From Thermoproteota archaeon (lineage in GTDB: Archaea; Korarchaeota; Korarchaeia; B14-G2): 64,000 bases of DNA. This document shows, piece by piece, positions 1 to 9,149 of this stretch. Position 1 is the first letter of the stretch. Every line of letters starts with the position of its first letter. The translations under genes and the position numbers were made by a program. The stretch is from positions 4,550-68,549 of the forward strand of contig JAVCBW010000025.1 of the NCBI GenBank assembly GCA_037917675.1. Direction: 5' to 3'. Below the pieces are notes generated by a model. It had not been told where the DNA came from, did not search any database, and saw only the letters and a list, made by a program, of their open reading frames with translations.

Positions 1-253
1 ATCTGGGTCTATTTGATGGTAGAGCGCTGTTATGCCTGGGAGATCAGCTAGGGTTCTGGGGTTTCATGAAGCACTATGGGTCTATGGAAGGTATGATTAG
101 GTAGTGAAGTTACCGGCTGGGCAGCTGCTGTAATAGAGGGTGTTGCTAAGGCTTCTTTCAGCTTTCACTCCAGGGGAAGGAGGGCTCTTACTAGGCTGGG
201 GGCTGCTGGTGTATTCTAAAAATAGGCTTTGATGCTGTCCTCTTGGGGGGAGG

Positions 254-787
254 TTGGAGTTATACCTGTGTGATGTTGGAGGGCTTTATGTTGGAGTCTT
301 ATATGAGAGGGGTGTCATCTTAGCTAATAGCATTCCTTTGAGGAGTGTAGGAGCTATACTTGGGTTCTTGAGTAGGTTTGTTCGAGGTAGGGTTTCTTAT
401 GGCAGCTGTAGTGGGGTGGTCTTAGGATTTGCTAGAGAGGTTTATAGGGGGTTTGAGGGGGAGAGTACTGACTTCAGTAGGTTTGGCTTCAGGAGGCTTG
501 GTGGCACTCTTGGGAGGGTTGTTGATGCTCTTAGGCTTATTCCACGTGGTAGGGTTGCTACGTATGGTGGGCTAGCTGAGCTGCTTGGGACTCATGCTAG
601 AGCTGTTGCATCATGTCTATCATGGAATCCTTATCCGATAGCATATCCCTGTCATAGAGTTGTGTCCTCTGACTTGACTATTGGAGGATATGCCTTTGGA
701 AGTAGTGTTAAGAGGAGGATTTTGATGAGGGAGGGGGTGAGGTTTCATGATGGGAGGGTTGCTGAGGAGTGTGTCTTCAAGTTTTAG
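254..787 (+). CDS. ogt: O6-alkylguanine-DNA alkyltransferase (Ogt/MGMT)
   Basis: The C-terminal domain carries the active-site motif PCHRVV and an HTH-like segment (IPRGRVATYGGLAELLG). Size of 177 aa fits. Confidence 0.75.
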   Translation: MELYLCDVGGLYVGVLYERGVILANSIPLRSVGAILGFLSRFVRGRVSYGSCSGVVLGFAREVYRGFEGESTDFSRFGFRRLGGTLGRVVDALRLIPRGRVATYGGLAELLGTHARAVASCLSWNPYPIAYPCHRVVSSDLTIGGYAFGSSVKRRILMREGVRFHDGRVAEECVFKF

Positions 788-813
788 CTTTCTTATGAAT
801 GGGAGTGCTGGCG

Positions 814-1866
814 TCATCTTTTCGGCTGCCTATGCGGGGTTGGGTTGCTGGGTGTTTTTGCTACATGTATGTATCTGGTTAGTGACTTGTGTACTTTTTG
901 CTTGTGTACTTCTATTAGCTTGAAGCCTGCTTGCCTTATTGTATCTGATAGGTTTGAGCTATATGAGATGGCTAGGTGGCAGCTTGGCTTCAGGTATTCT
1001 ATGGCTTTCTCTATGAACTCCTCTACTAGCTCTTGGGGTGTTTGGGCTGCTTTTGCCTGAGCCATTCTGCCATATGGTGGGTCTGTTGCTATTGCGTCGA
1101 TGGAGTGCTTGTAGGGGAGGCTTCTGGCGTCTGCAACCTCTACTCTTGCTTCTATACCGTATAGTGCTAGGTTCTGTCTTGTTTCCTCTATGGTCAGGAA
1201 GTCTATGTCTGATCCTATTGGCTTGGCGCCTATTAGGGCTGCTTCTACTAGTATGCCTCCTGATCCGCAGAAGGGGTCTAGTAGGGTTGCTCCAGGTCTC
1301 GCTCTAGATAGGTTGACGAGTACTCTGGAGGTTATGGTGTTCATTGACCCTGGCTTGTATATTGCTTTCATTGCTTGCTGTCTTGCTTTAAAGGAGCCTC
1401 TCTTTATGCTTGCTAGGAGCCTGCCTACTATTAGCTTTGAGGACGTGATGAAGCCTTGGATTTCAGCTTGTGGGCTCTTTAAGTCTACTCGACTATGAGG
1501 GCTCTGGCTTTTGACTAGCTTGCCGATCTTCCTCTCGAGCTCTGCTGTGCTTATGGGAGGCGATTCCCTTGCTCTCCTGACTCTGACTCGGAAGGTCTCA
1601 GCTTCTATGGTTAGTGGTGTTTTGGAGAGCTCTCTGAGTGCATGCTGTGGTTCTGCTTCTACTGTTGCTATATGCTCTAGTATGGCTTTTAGCATCGCTG
1701 ACCTGGAGGCTAGCCTGCTTACAGCTTGCTCTGGAGCTTCTATCACCAGGGCTTGAGGGAGGTCTTCTATCATCCTGTACTCGATGAGCTCTCCTTCTAG
1801 GATCCCCTTGGTTTCTGCTTTGGGGAGAGTATCGTGTTCACCGCTGTATATTAAGGCTAGCCTCAT
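814..1866 (-). CDS. THUMP-domain tRNA (guanine-N2)-methyltransferase, Trm11/TrmG10-like
   Basis: SAM-binding motif I DPFCGSGG and the N-methyltransferase motif IV DPPYG, with an N-terminal THUMP-like region. Confidence 0.7.
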   Translation of the reverse strand: MRLALIYSGEHDTLPKAETKGILEGELIEYRMIEDLPQALVIEAPEQAVSRLASRSAMLKAILEHIATVEAEPQHALRELSKTPLTIEAETFRVRVRRARESPPISTAELERKIGKLVKSQSPHSRVDLKSPQAEIQGFITSSKLIVGRLLASIKRGSFKARQQAMKAIYKPGSMNTITSRVLVNLSRARPGATLLDPFCGSGGILVEAALIGAKPIGSDIDFLTIEETRQNLALYGIEARVEVADARSLPYKHSIDAIATDPPYGRMAQAKAAQTPQELVEEFIEKAIEYLKPSCHLAISYSSNLSDTIRQAGFKLIEVHKQKVHKSLTRYIHVAKTPSNPTPHRQPKR

Positions 1867-2995
1867 GTCAGTCAGCTCCTGCTGCTACCTGAAGAACTTT
1901 CAGCCTAAAGGTTATTACCTTAGAGCTGTAGTGTATGTGGGGAGGTGCTTGGCTAGAGAGGCTTTGTTCTATGAGGGTGGAGATGGAGCTGTGAGGTGCC
2001 TTACGTGCGCGAGGGAGTGTGTTATCAGGGAGGGAAGAAGAGGGGTGTGTGGTGTTAGGGAGAATAAGGGGGGAAAGCTCTACCTGCTGACTTATGGGCT
2101 TGTCTCCTCATGCTGTGTTGACCCGATTGAGAAGAAGCCGCTGTTTCACTTCTGGCCTGGCAGCTACGCGTATTCTATCGGGACTGTTGGATGTAACTTC
2201 AAGTGTAAGCACTGTCAGAACTGGCATATCAGCCAGAGGAGCCCTGAGGAAGTCCCGATGGACTCTCTTCCACCAGATGAGGCTGTTAAGGGGGCTATTG
2301 GAACTGGATGTAGGTCTATTGCATACACGTACAATGAGCCGATAATAACCTTAGAGTACATGCTGGATATGGCTAGAGCTGCTAGAGAGAAGGGGGTTTT
2401 GAATGTTGCAGTCACAAATGGGTATATTAGGGGGCGTGCTCTGGAAGCTATGGCTGACGCTATAGATGCTGCTAATGTGGATGTAAAGGCGTTTACAGAG
2501 AGGTTCTATAGGGAGGTGTGTGGCGGCGTTTCTCTTGAGCCTGTGCTCAGGTGTGTTGAGGAGCTTAAGCGGAGGGAAGTTCATGTTGAGGTCACTTACC
2601 TCGTGATCCCAGGTTGGAATGATAGCAGAGATGAGGTGAGAGAGTTCTCTAGGTGGGTTGTTGGGGATGTAGGGGCAGATACGCCTGTGCACTTCAGTAG
2701 GTTCTTTCCTAACTATAAGATGATGGATAGGGAGCCTACTCCAGTAGAGACACTGCTTGAAGCCAGGAGGATAGCTGAGAAGGAGGGTTGTCAGTTTGTT
2801 TACGTCGGGAATGTGTGGTCTACTGACCTTGAGAGCACTAGGTGCCCGAGCTGTGGAACTGTAGTCATTAGGAGAGTAGGTTATAGCATAACAGATGTCA
2901 AGTTGGATGAGGGTAATAGCTGCCTGAAGTGTGGAGAGGAGATACCGGTAGTCGGTGAGATAAGGAAGTCTAGCCGCTGGAGCTTCTGGAGCTGA
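1865..2995 (+). CDS. Radical SAM enzyme, PflA-like (AmmeMemoRadiSam-type)
   Basis: CNFKCKHCQNW is a Cx3Cx2C radical-SAM motif. N-terminal Cys pairs (CLTCAREC..CGVR) and a C-terminal zinc ribbon (CPSCG..CLKCG). The ORF-track start at 1784 overlaps the divergent gene, so the internal ATG at 1865 is preferred. Confidence 0.6.
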   Translation: MSVSSCCYLKNFQPKGYYLRAVVYVGRCLAREALFYEGGDGAVRCLTCARECVIREGRRGVCGVRENKGGKLYLLTYGLVSSCCVDPIEKKPLFHFWPGSYAYSIGTVGCNFKCKHCQNWHISQRSPEEVPMDSLPPDEAVKGAIGTGCRSIAYTYNEPIITLEYMLDMARAAREKGVLNVAVTNGYIRGRALEAMADAIDAANVDVKAFTERFYREVCGGVSLEPVLRCVEELKRREVHVEVTYLVIPGWNDSRDEVREFSRWVVGDVGADTPVHFSRFFPNYKMMDREPTPVETLLEARRIAEKEGCQFVYVGNVWSTDLESTRCPSCGTVVIRRVGYSITDVKLDEGNSCLKCGEEIPVVGEIRKSSRWSFWS

Positions 2996-3920
2996 GTAGC
3001 TGCCTAGCTTCATCTAGCATCTCACATACCTTACAGACCTCTGTGGTTGTCGGCTCACCGCAGATCTCACAGGATCTGAGCCTCTCTCCTATGTGGTATA
3101 CTTCTCTTAGCTTAGGGATCAGCTTGGCTTCAATGTGCTTCACTAGCCCTAGCTTGAGGCCAGGGTGCATGGCTTCCATCTCATTCAAGAGGTCTCTGAC
3201 CTTCGGCCTGAAACCAGAGACGTAGGGGCATTCAGCTAGCGAGAAGGGTATTTCAGATAGGATCGCATAGGCTGTAGACTCTCTCTCAGAGACCCTTGAG
3301 AGGGGGCGTATCCTGGGGATGAGCTTCTCTCGGACTGGCCTGGTGTATGGGCCTAGCTTAGCTAGCGCATATAGGTCTCCTCGCATCAGGTTCATCAGGT
3401 ATGTTTGAGCTAGGTCATCTAGGTTATGGCCTGTCACAAGCACTTTGGCGCCAAGCTTCCTAGCATAGGTGTTGAGGAGCCTTCTCCTGAGCACACCACA
3501 GTAAGTGCATGTTTTCCTGATAGCCTTAGGGGGGATTGCTTTGTCTAGCTCATCTAGGGTGAAGCTGAAGACCTCCTTGAATGAGGCTTCCACTAGCTCT
3601 AGGCCAAGCATCTCAGCTAGCTCTCTGGCTTTCTTCACTGTATGAGGCCTGTAGCTAGAGATTCCCTCATCTACTAGCAGAGGAATCACTTCTAAGCTCA
3701 GGTCTCTTGCCAGCTTGCATGTCAGGTAGAGGGCTGTTGAGCTGTCTTTTCCACCGGATAGCGCTGCTGCAACTCTTGTTCCAGGTGGTATTGAAGACCT
3801 GATTACAGCTTTGGCTCTATCCTCTACATCTCTCATGAAGCATGAGGCACAGAGGCTTACATGCTTGTATCTTAAGGTTATCACTGCTGGGCGGCCACAT
3901 GTGCAGGCTGGTAGGCTCAT
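2970..3920 (-). CDS. tRNA 2-thiolation PP-loop ATPase, TtuA/Ncs6 family
   Basis: PP-loop SGGKDS, N- and C-terminal CxxC..CxxC zinc fingers, and central Cys residues (CTYCG) of the kind used for an Fe-S cluster. Confidence 0.7.
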   Translation of the reverse strand: MSLPACTCGRPAVITLRYKHVSLCASCFMRDVEDRAKAVIRSSIPPGTRVAAALSGGKDSSTALYLTCKLARDLSLEVIPLLVDEGISSYRPHTVKKARELAEMLGLELVEASFKEVFSFTLDELDKAIPPKAIRKTCTYCGVLRRRLLNTYARKLGAKVLVTGHNLDDLAQTYLMNLMRGDLYALAKLGPYTRPVREKLIPRIRPLSRVSERESTAYAILSEIPFSLAECPYVSGFRPKVRDLLNEMEAMHPGLKLGLVKHIEAKLIPKLREVYHIGERLRSCEICGEPTTTEVCKVCEMLDEARQLLSSRSSSG

Positions 3921-4117
3921 CCTCCAGATACCACCTTGATCAGCTTTATCTCGTCTCCATCAGATAGCTCAGCTTCATCTGGGAGGAGCATGCCATTTCT
4001 TGCTGCCAGGTATACCTCTCTGTTGATGCCAGCTACAGTATAGAGGTCAGCTAGCTTAGCTCCCCTAGGGAGTTCCAGCTGGATCCTCTTGCCTTCTATC
4101 TCAACATATATTAGCAT
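3917..4117 (-). CDS. Ubiquitin-like sulfur-carrier protein (ThiS/MoaD/TtuB/SAMP-like) with C-terminal GG
   Basis: 66-aa protein MLIYVEIEGK...IKLIKVVSGG ending in Gly-Gly. Its stop overlaps the ttuA-like start by 4 nt. The ORF-track entry 3917..4411 is over-extended upstream. Confidence 0.55.
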   Translation of the reverse strand: MLIYVEIEGKRIQLELPRGAKLADLYTVAGINREVYLAARNGMLLPDEAELSDGDEIKLIKVVSGG

Positions 4118-4132
4118 GCCATCTAATCCCTC

Positions 4133-4831
4133 ATGTTCCAGTCTAAAAAGGCTGTGATCGAGAGTGGAGCTAGCCTCTCTGAAATGTGTGTCGTCCTGGG
4201 AGCTAGCTGGATAGGAGCTGGGTCTATGGTAGATGGCATGGTTGTCATAGGGTATCCTATGGCTGCTAAGGTGAGGAAGCTTGTAGAATACAGCTGGAGC
4301 TCTCTTGATGAAGCTAGTGATGGAGCTAGAGTAGGTAGGAGGTGTGTGATCAGGTGGGGCACAGTGATCTATGAGAGAGCTGAGATTGGAGATGGTGTGC
4401 AGACTGGACACTATGTCCTGGTCAGGGAGGATAGTAGGGTGGGTGATGGGACTGTTATTGGGACGGGCGCTGTCCTAGATGGGAGAGTTCAGGTTGGGTG
4501 TAGAGTAAGCATACAGACTGGCGTGTATATACCACCTTACACGAAGATTGGTGACGACGTGTTTATAGCGCCGAGGGTATGCTTTACGAATGACAGGTAT
4601 CCTCCTAGCAGGAGGCTGCTTGGAGTTACTGTGGAGAGTAAGGCTGTCTTGTGTGCTGGAGCCACCTTGGTGTCTGGTGTGAGGGTTGGGGAAGGAGCTG
4701 TCGTAGCTGCGGGAGCTGTCGTAGCTAAGGATGTTGAGCCTTATACTGTGGTGGCAGGTGTACCTGCTAGGCGTGTGATGAGTAGAGAGGAGTATGAGGA
4801 GAAGAAGGCTGCATACGAGCAGGAGGCCTAG
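4133..4831 (+). CDS. Hexapeptide-repeat (left-handed beta-helix) acyl/acetyltransferase
   Basis: Repeated [LIV]G-x-x-x-x hexapeptides (VGDGTVIGTGAVL..VQVGCRVSI..VGEGAVVAAGAVV). The start codon is uncertain. Confidence 0.5.
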   Translation: MFQSKKAVIESGASLSEMCVVLGASWIGAGSMVDGMVVIGYPMAAKVRKLVEYSWSSLDEASDGARVGRRCVIRWGTVIYERAEIGDGVQTGHYVLVREDSRVGDGTVIGTGAVLDGRVQVGCRVSIQTGVYIPPYTKIGDDVFIAPRVCFTNDRYPPSRRLLGVTVESKAVLCAGATLVSGVRVGEGAVVAAGAVVAKDVEPYTVVAGVPARRVMSREEYEEKKAAYEQEA

Positions 4832-5964
4832 GAGACTGGCTCATAGCATATGCCTAGGCTCCTAGCGTAGCTGTATGCTGTATGCATCTCCTCTGCTGTA
4901 GGCCTCCTTGATATATCTGGGTACTCTCTAGGTTTTCTGGCAACCAGGTACTCTGGCCTGTACTGGGACATCACGTTAACTAGTGCATTTGGGCAGTTCT
5001 CGGAGATCCACTTGAGGATAGGCTTCGTGCAGCACTCTATGTGGTTTGGTAGGACTAGGTGTCTTATTATCATGTCTCCGTTCTCATGGGCTATCTTGTG
5101 GTTTCTTGAGATGATCTCAAAGTACCTTGCTACCTTTGAGAGCCTTTCTGCACATTTGTTGTTTCCATATTTGAAGTCTGGTAGCCATATGTCTATGATG
5201 TCAGCTAGGAGCTTCATTGTCTCTATGCTGCAGTACATGTTGCTGTTCCATAGGAGGGGTACGTTCTCCTCTAGGTATAGGAGGGACTCTAGGATTGTAT
5301 GGAGGTTTGGGGTTGGGTCTCCTCCTACGAAGTTTATGTTGGCTGCCCCCTCTAACCTGAGTGTAGTCTCTATCTTAGCAAGCTGCCTCGCGTCTACTTG
5401 GGTAGCTCTGCTCCACTGGGGGCTCCACTCCTGTGATATGTCGTAGTTCTGGCAGAAGACGCACTTGAAGTTGCAGCTGTTGAAGAAGATGGTTCCAGAG
5501 CCTCCTCTGCCGAGTAGGGGAGCCTCCTCACCCCAGTGGTGGAACCAGCTAGCTACATATGTCCTGTGGTCTAGCCTACATGTCCCCTTCTCTCCAGCTA
5601 GCCTATTTACTCCACACCTCCGCTCACAGAAGCAGCAGTGCTCTAGCATCCTCTTGGAGAGCTCAACCTTGAGAGCTAGCAGGTTTGGGCTGGCCTCAGG
5701 GATTTGGCTGATGTCTACTTTCCCCTCCTTCACCCTGGATAGCAGGGCCTGTAGCTCTCTAGAGGCTATCTCATGGAGCTTCCAGAGCTCTTCTTCGCTT
5801 ACATCATCTAGGTGATCCTTTACAGGTATCTTCTTGCATATCATGAACTTAGCAGGCTTCTCATCTAGCATGACCTGGCGGTACCACCATAGCCTCCTCT
5901 GTACTTCAGGATGCTTCCATACAGCTATCCTGTCAGGTCTGAGAAGCCACATCCTCCCTGTCAC
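4828..5964 (-). CDS. Radical SAM enzyme, PflX-like (COG1313-type)
   Basis: CNFKCVFCQNYDIS Cx3Cx2C motif. Preceded by CCFCERRC, which looks like an additional cluster site. Confidence 0.6.
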   Translation of the reverse strand: MTGRMWLLRPDRIAVWKHPEVQRRLWWYRQVMLDEKPAKFMICKKIPVKDHLDDVSEEELWKLHEIASRELQALLSRVKEGKVDISQIPEASPNLLALKVELSKRMLEHCCFCERRCGVNRLAGEKGTCRLDHRTYVASWFHHWGEEAPLLGRGGSGTIFFNSCNFKCVFCQNYDISQEWSPQWSRATQVDARQLAKIETTLRLEGAANINFVGGDPTPNLHTILESLLYLEENVPLLWNSNMYCSIETMKLLADIIDIWLPDFKYGNNKCAERLSKVARYFEIISRNHKIAHENGDMIIRHLVLPNHIECCTKPILKWISENCPNALVNVMSQYRPEYLVARKPREYPDISRRPTAEEMHTAYSYARSLGICYEPVS

Positions 5965-5980
5965 TGAAGCTGGGAGGAAG

Positions 5981-7009
5981 TTAAAGGTTAATGTTGTGGA
6001 GGAGCATGTGCTCTATCGCTTCCAGGAGGGCATCCAAGCCTGTTCCTGCCTCAGCAGATATCTTGACTACCATGTAGGACTTCTTGAGGGCTTCTTCTGC
6101 CTTGCTCACCTTCTTATCCATTCCAGGAACCTGACTTAGCAGGTCCATTTTGTTTAGAGCTATTATGGTAGGCTTATCCATGTGGGCACGTATCTCCTCA
6201 AGGAGGTGGAGCTGCCTCTCTAGCTGGTATCCGCAGGTCTCTGAGGGATCTACCATGAAGACTACTGCATCTGCTAGAGACTTTAATGCTGCGAGAGCTT
6301 GTAGCTCTATCTTTTTCATCTTGGATGGAGGCCTATCGAGCATTCCGGGGGTATCTATGACCTGTAGCTTTATGCTACGTAGTGTCATGTGGCCTAGTAT
6401 GAGGCTTCTTGTGGTAAATGGGTAGTAGGCTACCTCTGGATTTGCTGTGGAGAGCTTTCTGACAAGTGTGCTCTTCCCAGTGTTAGGGTATCCTGCTACT
6501 ACTATGGTTGGTATATCTGGATCTATAGCTGGGAGCTTCTGGAGCTCGCTGGCATACTTCTTTAGGTGGCTCAGCTCCTCTGATATGTCGCTTATCACAG
6601 ATGCTATTCTCCCTGTCGCCTCTTTTCTGAGCGATATTATATCGGGCTTCTTGCTTGACCCCCTTATTCTCGACATGTACTCTCTGGTTATCTTTCTTAT
6701 GGTCTGCTCAGCCCACTTAGCTGCTCCAAGGCAGTGTTTTAGCTTCCCTATGCCTGCTATGATGTCAGCTAGCTGCTGGTAGAATGGGTGGATTGAAGAT
6801 AGGTCTGGGAACCTCTTGTAGACTTTCTCTAGCTCTGATGCAGCTATGGAGCCTACTATCTCCACTCGGAGCCTCTCAACATACTTCAGCCTGTCGAGGC
6901 CTCTTAGCTTCTTTGGAGCTGTGATCGGCCTTTTGAAAGCTCTCCTAAAAGCTTTGTCTAAGATCTCCTCAGAGGACTTCACAGAGACTTTCTTGAATGG
7001 GGAAGACAT
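5981..7009 (-). CDS. NOG1-family GTP-binding protein
   Basis: G1 motif GYPNTGKST and G2 motif YPFTT, with the NOG1-like N- and C-terminal regions. Confidence 0.7.
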   Translation of the reverse strand: MSSPFKKVSVKSSEEILDKAFRRAFKRPITAPKKLRGLDRLKYVERLRVEIVGSIAASELEKVYKRFPDLSSIHPFYQQLADIIAGIGKLKHCLGAAKWAEQTIRKITREYMSRIRGSSKKPDIISLRKEATGRIASVISDISEELSHLKKYASELQKLPAIDPDIPTIVVAGYPNTGKSTLVRKLSTANPEVAYYPFTTRSLILGHMTLRSIKLQVIDTPGMLDRPPSKMKKIELQALAALKSLADAVVFMVDPSETCGYQLERQLHLLEEIRAHMDKPTIIALNKMDLLSQVPGMDKKVSKAEEALKKSYMVVKISAEAGTGLDALLEAIEHMLLHNINL

Positions 7010-7010
7010 G

Positions 7011-8183
7011 CTACCATCTTGCTAGCCTGGTTATGGCAGCAGCTAGGTTGATGGATAGGAGAGCTATTGAGAGAGCAGCTAGGGAAGCTACTAGAAGCCT
7101 TAAGGCCCTTCCTTTGCGTGGAGATCTAGACCAGGCTGCTTCAGTCAGGTACTTCATGAGAAGCCATCCATCTAGAGGAGGTATTGGAAGCGAGTTTATG
7201 AGAGCTATCCCGACGTTAACAACGAGTATCCACATGGAGTACACTTCTAGCCTGTGCCAGAGCCAGTGTAAGCTTGCTCTGTCAAGTGACTTTATTGTTG
7301 GCGAGTAGTAGTCATAGGGTGACACTACTATGCCTATGAAGCCTCTGTCAGGCAGGTTTGGGTGCTTACCGAGCTTTACTAGAAAGTCTCCTCGAGAAGT
7401 CCTTACGATGAGGGTGTCACCAGGCTTTGTCGCTGAGAGGAAGGTATGAAGCTGCTGTGTGGTTCTGACTCTTGTGGTGTTCAGGTATAGGATGACACAG
7501 GGAGCTTTTAGCCCTGCAGCTTCAGCTGGAGCCCCATTGACTATGTCCTCGACTAGCACTCCACTTGGCTGTGATAGCAAGAGGCCGAAGAATGATGTTA
7601 GAAAGAGCAAGAAGACTGCTGCTGTGACGTAGTTTCCTAGGGGGCCTGCAGACACTATCCTAGCTCTGCTCTTGGGAGGAAGCTTCTCCATCTCCTCTTC
7701 ATCTGCGTCTATGTATGCAGCAGGTATTATCGCTAGGAGAGCTAGGCCAGCTGACCTCACCTTCACACCTAGGCCTGTTGCCACCAGGCCATGCATTAGC
7801 TCATGGACTATAGCAGCTACAGCTATTGAAACAACTCCTTCCATCAGAGGGATGGATACTCCGGGGACAAGTATCTGCACTGCAGGAGGGGCTCCAGCAG
7901 GTGCTTTAGCTAACAGCGCTCTCACTATATTTATTGTCGGCTTCACTAGGATCACTATGCATGCTAGCCCTGAGGCTAGAGCTACGTATGGAGCTATCGT
8001 TGAAGCGAGCAGAGCTAGCCTACTCAGCTTGCGTCTGGCCATCATGGCCTTAAGGCTGCCTATGGGAACCATCAGGACCAGTGGGTGCACGTCTACCCCG
8101 AGCTTAGCTAGCTTCTTCCTTAAAGCTAGGAGGATAGCCCATGCTGCAGTGAATATGGCAGCTGCAGCTATGAGTGGACTCAA
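7011..8183 (-). CDS. Site-2 protease (M50 zinc metalloprotease) with PDZ domain
   Basis: HELMHG zinc-binding motif in a predicted transmembrane helix. Multiple hydrophobic segments and a PDZ-like region. Confidence 0.65.
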   Translation of the reverse strand: MSPLIAAAAIFTAAWAILLALRKKLAKLGVDVHPLVLMVPIGSLKAMMARRKLSRLALLASTIAPYVALASGLACIVILVKPTINIVRALLAKAPAGAPPAVQILVPGVSIPLMEGVVSIAVAAIVHELMHGLVATGLGVKVRSAGLALLAIIPAAYIDADEEEMEKLPPKSRARIVSAGPLGNYVTAAVFLLFLTSFFGLLLSQPSGVLVEDIVNGAPAEAAGLKAPCVILYLNTTRVRTTQQLHTFLSATKPGDTLIVRTSRGDFLVKLGKHPNLPDRGFIGIVVSPYDYYSPTIKSLDRASLHWLWHRLEVYSMWILVVNVGIALINSLPIPPLDGWLLMKYLTEAAWSRSPRKGRALRLLVASLAALSIALLSINLAAAITRLARW

Positions 8184-8195
8184 CTAGACCACTGG

Positions 8196-8798
8196 CTACT
8201 TCAGCTTGATGAACTTCTCTTCTGTCGCCTTTACATCGATGACAAGTATGTCTATGCCATCTCCTGACAGGACGTCTCTTGCTATGGCTACACGCATCGC
8301 TTCTTCTGCTAGTCGAGTAGCTTCATCTCTCTGCATGCCCTCTTTGAAGCCCCTTTCTAAGACAGCTAGTGCTAGCTCTGTTCCAGTCCCTATGGCAGCA
8401 TACTTGTCCTCTAGCACAGAGCCCACAGCATCTAGGCTGTATAGCTTAGGGGAGCCTTCACGCTCTATCCCGGCGACTATGAGCTCTGTCAGAAAGGGCA
8501 CAAGCCTCCTGCTGTACATTAGGGTTGATAGCAGCTTTGCTGAGCCATAGACAGATAGGGGGATGCCTGCCTCCTGCTCATAGAGATTGAAGTTGAACTT
8601 GAAGTACTGTAGGAGCTTCTGGAAGTCTGAGGGGAGCCCTGCGCAAGCTATCCCTAGCCTGTCAGTTATCTTGGCTACCTTCCTTACTGCTCTACTCATT
8701 ATGTATGGCCCATAAGTCACTCTACGGTCTGCTGCCAGCACAGCTCCAGTTGAGTACACTAAGCCTACTGCCGTAGCACCTCCACCATAGTACACCAA
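8196..8798 (-). CDS. psmB: Proteasome beta subunit
   Basis: Ntn-hydrolase N-terminus GGATAVGLVYSTGAVLAADRRVT and an overall beta-subunit pattern. Size of 200 aa fits. Confidence 0.7.
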   Translation of the reverse strand: MVYYGGGATAVGLVYSTGAVLAADRRVTYGPYIMSRAVRKVAKITDRLGIACAGLPSDFQKLLQYFKFNFNLYEQEAGIPLSVYGSAKLLSTLMYSRRLVPFLTELIVAGIEREGSPKLYSLDAVGSVLEDKYAAIGTGTELALAVLERGFKEGMQRDEATRLAEEAMRVAIARDVLSGDGIDILVIDVKATEEKFIKLK

Positions 8799-8830
8799 TC
8801 TTCCACCTGGCTTGGTATGGCCACCTCGAG

Positions 8831-8838
8831 TTTAAAAA
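8831..8838 (+). promoter_or_regulatory. TATA-like box (TTTAAAAA) about 30 nt upstream of 8868
   Basis: AT-rich octamer in a divergent intergenic region at the expected archaeal promoter spacing. Confidence 0.3.
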
Positions 8839-8867
8839 GAGTTGTCTCCTAGCAGTAGTAGAGGTGT

Positions 8868-9149
8868 GTGGTGAGCTTGGAGGAGTTCCACTGCACTATG
8901 GCTCTGAAGTTCTGTGTCGAAGCTAGGAGGCTGATGTCTGAGAAGAGGTATAGTGAGGTAGCAGAGCTATGCTCTAGGATAAGCCAGCTATGTAGGGCGA
9001 CAGGGCGGAGTGCTTGCGTCGAGGAGTCTCAGATATGTAGCCGGGTTGCTGAGCTGCTTAAGAGTGGAGAAGTAGATGAGGCTATTAGGCTTTGTAAGCT
9101 TGCTGTAGTGAAGTGTCCAAGTGGCGTGAGAGCTACACTCTCAGCTTAA
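8868..9149 (+). CDS. Hypothetical small protein
   Basis: ORF only. No recognisable motif. Confidence 0.3.
   Translation: MVSLEEFHCTMALKFCVEARRLMSEKRYSEVAELCSRISQLCRATGRSACVEESQICSRVAELLKSGEVDEAIRLCKLAVVKCPSGVRATLSA

Noticed and set aside
1784-1866. N-terminal 27 codons of the radical SAM ORF overlapping the divergent methyltransferase start
   Set aside because: The family conservation begins after the internal ATG at 1865, and the 80-nt antisense overlap is unlikely.
3917-4411. 164-aa ORF as printed in the track
   Set aside because: The N-terminal 98 codons have no recognisable features. The conserved beta-grasp/GG protein begins at the internal Met (4117). The long form is an over-extension.
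5012-5815. Plus-strand ORFs of 144 aa and 116 aa
   Set aside because: They are antisense shadows within the PflX-like radical SAM gene.
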